A DNA stretch of 56,342 nt, counting the filler, from Catajapyx aquilonaris (Eukaryota), in NCBI GenBank assembly GCA_000934665.2. It is 2 parts of 2 records of this genome, joined end to end, with 100 filler letters (N's around TTAATTAATTAA, not from the genome) between each part and the next. Parts side by side here need not be neighbours in the genome. Positions count along the whole stretch, not along the records: positions 28,218 to 56,342 come from JYFJ02004966.1; 1 more part is not named here. One strand, 5' to 3'. Below, piece by piece: positions 50,671 to 56,342 of this stretch (its first letter is position 1; each line of letters opens with the position of its first letter). A program made the translations under genes and the position numbers. The notes under the pieces were generated by a model, which was not told the origin of the DNA, ran no database searches, and saw only the letters and a program-made list of their open reading frames with translations.

Positions 50671-51337
50671 GGGGGGGCTAGGAGGCCAAACGCCTGGAAT
50701 CGGCCGGGCTCCTCAACTCGTTTGAGGCTGATACGCTCATTCCAATGCCCAACCTGGGCTTGGTACAAATAATTTACGGGTTACCCAAAACACAAGTCAG
50801 ACCTTCGCCCAGGGAATTCGCTATCAGACCCATAGTCACCGGGTTTGCCAGCCCCAAAGCCGGCATCAACCGACTGTTGACCTACCTCCTCTCCCCTCTG
50901 GTTCCGAGGATCAGTGAACGTCTATTTAACCCTGACCACCTCGCCTACTTACTCGGCCAGAAGGATGGGGTCCCTCCGGAGTATCGGATCCATACTCTTG
51001 ATGTAGAGTCCATGTACCCTTCTATGGATCATACCATACTCCGCGATACTGTCTTATCTTTCTACCGTGAATTTCACCAAACCCAGCCGCAAACAGCCCG
51101 TTTTCCGGCGGATGTGGTGGCCGAACTCCTAGATATATTCTTCTCCGCTGGGTTTTTCTGGTTCGGCAACCGCCTGTACCGGCAGGTGCAAGGGGTGGAG
51201 ATGGGTTCCAGTTGCAGTCCTCTGTTAGCCGACATCTTCCTATACGACCTGGACCGCTCATTTCGAGCTGACATGGGCCCAAAGGTCCACACCTTCATAC
51301 GCTATTTGGACGACGTCCTCTTGATCTGTGAGCCTGG
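50671..51337 (+). mobile_element. Penelope-like RT core, copy B (different family)
   Basis: IYGLPK, IRPIV, TLDVESMYPS, YRQVQGVEMGSSCSPLLADIFL and RYLDDVL. Confidence 0.85.
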
Positions 51338-52365
51338 CACAGTGCAAGTTTTTGAAGCCCCGTCCTGTACCGTTCGGGTTGAAGCCGTTAGTGGACGTTG
51401 AGCTGGATCGGATGGTGGAGGATGGCTCTATCACCCCAGTGACACACACTGACTGGGCCACTCCTGTAGTGGTGGTCAGGAAACCGGGTGGGAAAATCCG
51501 CCTTTGTGGGCATTACCGGGTGACTGTCAACCCTGCATGTGTTCCAGACACACACCCTCTTCCGACCACGCGCGAGCTTCTTGCCAACATCTCAGGGGGT
51601 ACGGTGTTTGCCAAGCTGGACATGGCGTCGGCGTATCGCCAGCTGGAGGTTGATGAGGCATCAGCTGTTGTGCAGACTATCACCACGCACCGGGGCCTGT
51701 TTCGAGTAAATCGTTTGGCGTATGGCGTCACATCCGCTCCGGGCATCTTCCAGAGGTTTATGGAAACATTGCTAGTCGGCATTCCCGGCTTGGGGATTTA
51801 CCAAGATGATGTGATCGTGGCTGCTGGACAGACGTGTGCACATGGTACTACAGCGCCTGAATGAGTCGGGTTTGCGCCTGCAAGGACAGAAGTGCCAGTT
51901 TCGCCTGCCTCAAGTGACCTTCCTTGGGTACACCGTGGATGCGGAAGGAGTGCACCCAACCATGGACAAGGTGTTAGCAGTTAAAATGCCCCAGCTCCCA
52001 CCAACAAACTGGAATTACAATCCTTCCTTGGTCTCCTGAACTTTTATGCCATTTTCCTGCCTAACCGTTCCACAGTCCTGGAGCCCCTCCATGAACTGCT
52101 CCGCTCTGGTACGCCTTGGGTATGGGGTGACCGTCAGGCACGTGCTTTCCTGGCGGCTAAGGATTTCCTGCAGTCGGACCAGTTGTTGGTCCATTACAGC
52201 CGGGACCTGCCATTGGTTCTGAGCTGTGATGCCTCTCCGTATGGCTTGGGGTATGTGCTGTCCCATGTCATCGCCGGGAAGGAGCAACCCATTGCTTATG
52301 GTTCACGTACGCTGACTGCACCAGAGAAGAATTTGTCGCAGTTGGATAAGGAGGGTTTGGCCATT
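51338..52365 (+). mobile_element. Gypsy (Mag-like) LTR retrotransposon RT-RNase H fragment
   Basis: PRPVPF, WATPVVVVRK, AKLDMASAY, LAYGVTSAPGIFQ, YQDDVIV and CDASPYGLG..IAYGSRTL..SQLDKEGLAI. Frameshifted. Confidence 0.92.
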
Positions 52366-52479
52366 TTCTCTGGTGCAGTCAGCGTACGTGAACCATAAGC
52401 AATGGGTTGCTCCTTCCCGGCGATGACATGGGACAGCACATACCCCAAGCCATACGGAGAGGCATCACAGCTCAGAACC
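52215..52479. repeat. 114-bp inverted duplication of Gypsy RNase H sequence
   Basis: 52366-52479 is the reverse complement of 52215-52328, with a 37-bp loop. Confidence 0.9.
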
Positions 52480-53870
52480 CCTGTCAGAAATTATTGCATC
52501 ACCTGTACATTTTGCACATTTTCCCTTGTAACTTTTGAATTTCCCACTTATTCCCAACTCTGAGTGATAGTATCGATTACGTGGATTATGAGGATCATTT
52601 TAAGCAGGTATCGGTCGCGGTAATTTTTAAAGGGATAGTGGGTCATAGTATTGTATGTCGGTGTGCACCTGTTGACCCAGCCACTACCATCAGCACCATG
52701 GGGAAAACGGCGGAATTTTCGCCCAGAAAGAAGGGAATAATTATTGCTTTGCACAAAGAAGGTTTCAGTGGAAGAAAGATTGCTTCAAGGGTGGGGTGCA
52801 ACCAAAGTTCTGTGTGCCGGTTGCTAAAACGGTTCCAAGAAAGTGGTTCAGTGGAGAGGGTGCCTTGTCGTGGAAGAAAGAAGACGACAACATCAAAAGA
52901 ATACAGAATTTTGAAGAGAATCTGTTTGGGAAATAGGAGGAAATCTTCACGGGACATCACTTCCGACTTTTTCGACCAAACCAGCATCAAACTGGGCACC
53001 AGCACCGTGAGACACCGCCTCATCAACATGGGCCTTCCAGCACGCCGGGCACAGAAGAAGCCGTTGCTGACTGCGCCGAAGTCGCCTGAGGTGGGCCAAG
53101 ATGCCCCGCAACTGGACTGAGGAACAGTGGAAGCAAGTGATCTTCTCTGACGAGGCACGCTTCAGCTTGAATGGGCCGGACGGGGTGCAGGACGTCAGGC
53201 GTCGCTCATCTGAGAAGTTTCACCGTGACTGCATGGCCCTGACTGTGAAGCACTCGCAGTCAGTCATGATTTGGGGGTGCATAACTGGAAGAGGAGTTGG
53301 CCGGCTACATATTTGCACCGGCATGATGAATCATGTCCAGTATTTGGAGGTGCTGGAGAAGAAAATGATCCCAACAATGAAGGATCACTTTGGGGGAGTT
53401 CGGGACGCAATCTTCCAAGATGATTCTGCCCCATGTCATCGTGCAAAGAAGGTGTGTTATTGCTCAAATTCAACCGTTATTTCGTTCTGAACATAACAAA
53501 ACAGAATTGTAGGTCATGTTTACGCTTCTTTGGGTTCAGGTGAAGGATTTCCTTGCACGAAAAAGGATCAAGACCTTGCCGTGGCCTGGAAACAGCCCGG
53601 ATTTGAATCCCATAGAAAATGTGTGGAGCCAACTGGGGAAGTATGTTATGAAGAAGCCACCGAAGAACCCTTTGCAGTTGAAGGAGAGGATTGTCCGTGC
53701 CTGGTTTCATGAAGTACACAATCTTTTGGTGGATAAACTTATTTCTTCCATGCCACGACGTTGCCTTGCAGTTATTCGTGCAAGAGGTGGCAATACCAAA
53801 TATTAGTTAGCAAGACATTGTTGGCACAAATATATGCTACCTAAAAAACACAGAGTAGTTATTTAATAAA
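52480..53870 (+). mobile_element. Tc1 (DD34E) transposon with an intron-containing transposase (ATG 52698, stop 53806), one frameshift
   Basis: Paired-like HTH, KKPLL, FSDE, FQDDSAPCH and WPGNSPDLNPIENVW. GT-AG intron 53452-53539; splicing gives 34 residues between D and E. Partial TIR-like CCTGTCAGAAATTATTGCATCACC. Confidence 0.9.
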
Positions 53871-54488
53871 TATAGTTTAAATATCTAAGCAGACGTCAAT
53901 GTCAACGGTGAGTGTTTCAGCAATAGTCGTTAATTATATTTCATTTTTATAAATATACTAGAGCCAGAGACACTCGAGAAACTGGAAGACTCGCCACTCG
54001 AGGGGCTCGGGGACTCATCACTAGAGGCCTCGAGCCGGAGGCACTGACACGGTTACGGTTGTGGTGGTGTACGTGTGATTGTACCTGCTGTGCTGAGGAC
54101 AGAATTAAAGGACCATTCAGAAAGCAACCTCCCTTCTCTGATAGTTATTGCTCGGAGAGTGCCCCCCCCCCCCCNCCCCCCCCCCCCCCCCGACCCGTTG
54201 TGGCACGGGCACCTTACCTACGTCTCCGCGACCAACCCTGTCCAACCACCCCCTATCCCAACCATCCCCAACCTTATCCCACCTTCCCCCCATTTGTCAC
54301 GTTACATATGCTGACCCAGACCACGACCGAAAGAGCCGCCCTTCTAGCCCACCTTCCGGGTGATCAAGGGTCCGTGCAGAAATGGACCGCTACCGCCGTG
54401 ACACAGCCGGGCGGTATGTTGAGAACCAGAGGGGACATGACCCGGGCAAGCAGTCTAAATGCCGCTTCCCAAAACGCCACAACCGAGC

Positions 54489-54700
54489 AAGCTTAGGCCA
54501 GGAAAAGGGACAGTTTTGTAGTTTTCCCAACGGGACAAGCGGTGAAACTCGAAATGGAGCAGTTTTACACCATTGGGCGCTTCCCAGGAGTCGTGGGTAT
54601 CATGGATGGGACCCACATCAAAATTAAAAGCCCTGGTGGTCCATTTGCCCAGATGTACATCAACAGGAAGGGCTGCATGTCCTTAAATGTACAGGTATTT
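54489..54700 (+). pseudogene. Second fragment of the same Harbinger nuclease family as at 28.3 kb
   Basis: Near-identical nucleotide stretch encoding GRFPGVVGIMDGTHIKIKSPGGPFAQMYINRKG. Confidence 0.9.
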
Positions 54701-55047
54701 AATCTGCAGTGAAGTGTATCAGTTGCCAGACATAACCAGCAACTGACATGTCAGAACTACTTTCATGCATGTGCAGGATTACTTTGCTGAATTTCTGGAA
54801 TAAAACAGAATGTTGGGATGCAAACCGTTGACAAATGAAGCTCCCCTGGCACATTCTTTTCACAGAACTCCGCCCGGGTCGGCCGAGGGACCGATCCGTG
54901 GCACCGCCATTAGCCCACAAGAGCCCTGCCTCTGCAGGTATACGCCCACAGACACTCAGCCGGGGCTTTACCTCGGGAGCCAGTCCTGGTAGTCAACCGG
55001 CTTGTCTGAAATAAACCTAACCTTCTGGGTGGAATATCCAATAGACA

Positions 55048-55115
55048 CATCCACCCGGGGAAGTTCTCAAAATGACCTGCACTTTGCACATCCCCTCCTG
55101 TCATCCCGCCCGTGG
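55048..55115 (+). repeat. Fragment related to the SINE body at ~43990-44070
   Basis: CCACCCGGGGAAGTTCTCAAAATGACC..TGCACTTTGCACATCCCCTCCT shared with the SINE. Confidence 0.65.
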
Positions 55116-55659
55116 GCCCGGGCGTTTCGTAAAATGGTTTCAAAAATGTAACAACTTGAATACAGGACTCGTCCCCCTATGCCGGTCAATGACCTCCTCT
55201 ACCACCTTCCCCCTCCTAGTTGGCCACTTCCTGTTTCTCCCCCCTTCTAACTCCCCTTGCTTTGCTTCTTGTGCCCTTGTCCCAACCGATGACCCCTGCT
55301 GTGGAGACCCTATATAATGAGGGGGAAGATGGAGAGCAGGGTCTTCGCTGGACTTCCTCTTCACCACACTGACCTCTCTACCTTCCCCCTTTCTTTGCCT
55401 CTGTTGTATCTTTGTTTGTGTTAATACAGAAGTTAGTATAGACTCGGTGGTACATTATTCCCCCTACTCCCTACGTACCGCCATACCCCAAGACTTGAAA
55501 GAATTGCGCATGCGTTTCCCAGGCATAAAGGCTGTGCTGATGCCCGCAAGGGCACTAACCCACAATGATTTAAAAAAACAAAAAACTGACGGTACCGTTC
55601 GATAGGGCTTACAATGTACCGCCACCTAATTGGAATAATTGAAAAAGAACCCAGTGACA

Positions 55660-56342
55660 ACGAAGAAGTGATCGTCTAGCTGATGCTCTCAGAAGCACCA
55701 GACGACATATGGCATGGTGTACAATGTGTTAGGCCCAGCACCCAAGAAAAAGAAGCGCGATGTTTACGGCTGCCTTCAGTGGCACCCTAGATCATTGTCA
55801 TCCGAGATCACTGATCTTCAATATGAAATGAAGGAGGAGTTGAAGATAGTGTTTTCAAATGGGAATGGGGATGCGAATGTCCTGGATGTAATGCAGAAGA
55901 CCTTTGACATCCAGCGAAAGGAAATCACAGCAGGCATGGCCATACCCCTACTTAAGAACGAATGGCCATACCTCTTTAAAGCGAAGTACATGCAGCAACA
56001 CTTCGAAAGCATGTTGGGGTTCAATCCTCCGGATCATTTTAACAGAGAGCTGCTTGCACAAGGCCCTCTGATATCAAAAGTTTTGCAAGCTTCAGGAAAT
56101 GAAAATGCTGAACCACACCTTATGAGTTGCATATCCCTGGCTTCAAAATACTTCAACGAAGACCTTGCTAACATATGCTGCATGCATGGGGTTTGTACTG
56201 GAAGTGTTTTATGTTGATATGTAGTATTAATGACAGCATTATTTTGAAACAGGGACCTGTGAGTACATCGAAAGAAAAGAGGGAGCTCATCCTTGTTGAT
56301 TGGTGCCGGTAGTTTAATAATTATTATGTCAATCCCCCCCAC
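55660..56342 (+). pseudogene. Second SAMD3-like (CACTA-associated) gene fragment
   Basis: DVYGCLQWHP, QKTFDIQRKEI, EWPYLF..HFESMLG, paralogous to 30.9-31.3 kb. Runs off the window edge. Confidence 0.7.

Noticed and set aside
54020..54480. Possible LTR end (GTTACA) plus PBS-like TGCTGACCC and gag start
   Set aside because: Only short motifs, no second LTR or recognisable gag peptide, and it contains an ambiguous poly-C tract.

Overview
Eukaryotic (animal, probably invertebrate/arthropod-like) genomic DNA with no intact host gene that I can support. A 100-bp N spacer containing the six-frame-stop linker TTAATTAATTAA (28118-28217) splits it into two parts that may not be adjacent in the genome. 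The left part (1-28117) is mostly non-coding. It carries scattered MITEs, a tRNA-derived SINE, a 5'-truncated LINE and a possible decayed spliced gene near 18 kb. The right part (28218-56342) is an almost continuous mosaic of transposable-element fragments from about 12 superfamilies: Harbinger, CACTA/EnSpm with SAMD3-like accessory genes, hAT, Kolobok with a P2X7-tail-like gene, Sola, two P-like transposases, IS3EU, pogo, Penelope-like, Gypsy, Tc1, SINEs and solo LTRs. Most fragments are trimmed to coding parts, several are nested with readable target-site duplications, and from about 30.2 kb onward nearly all lie on the + strand. This layout resembles a uni-strand piRNA-cluster-like 'transposon trap' rich in DNA transposons (inference). 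Family calls rest on remembered motifs, not database searches.
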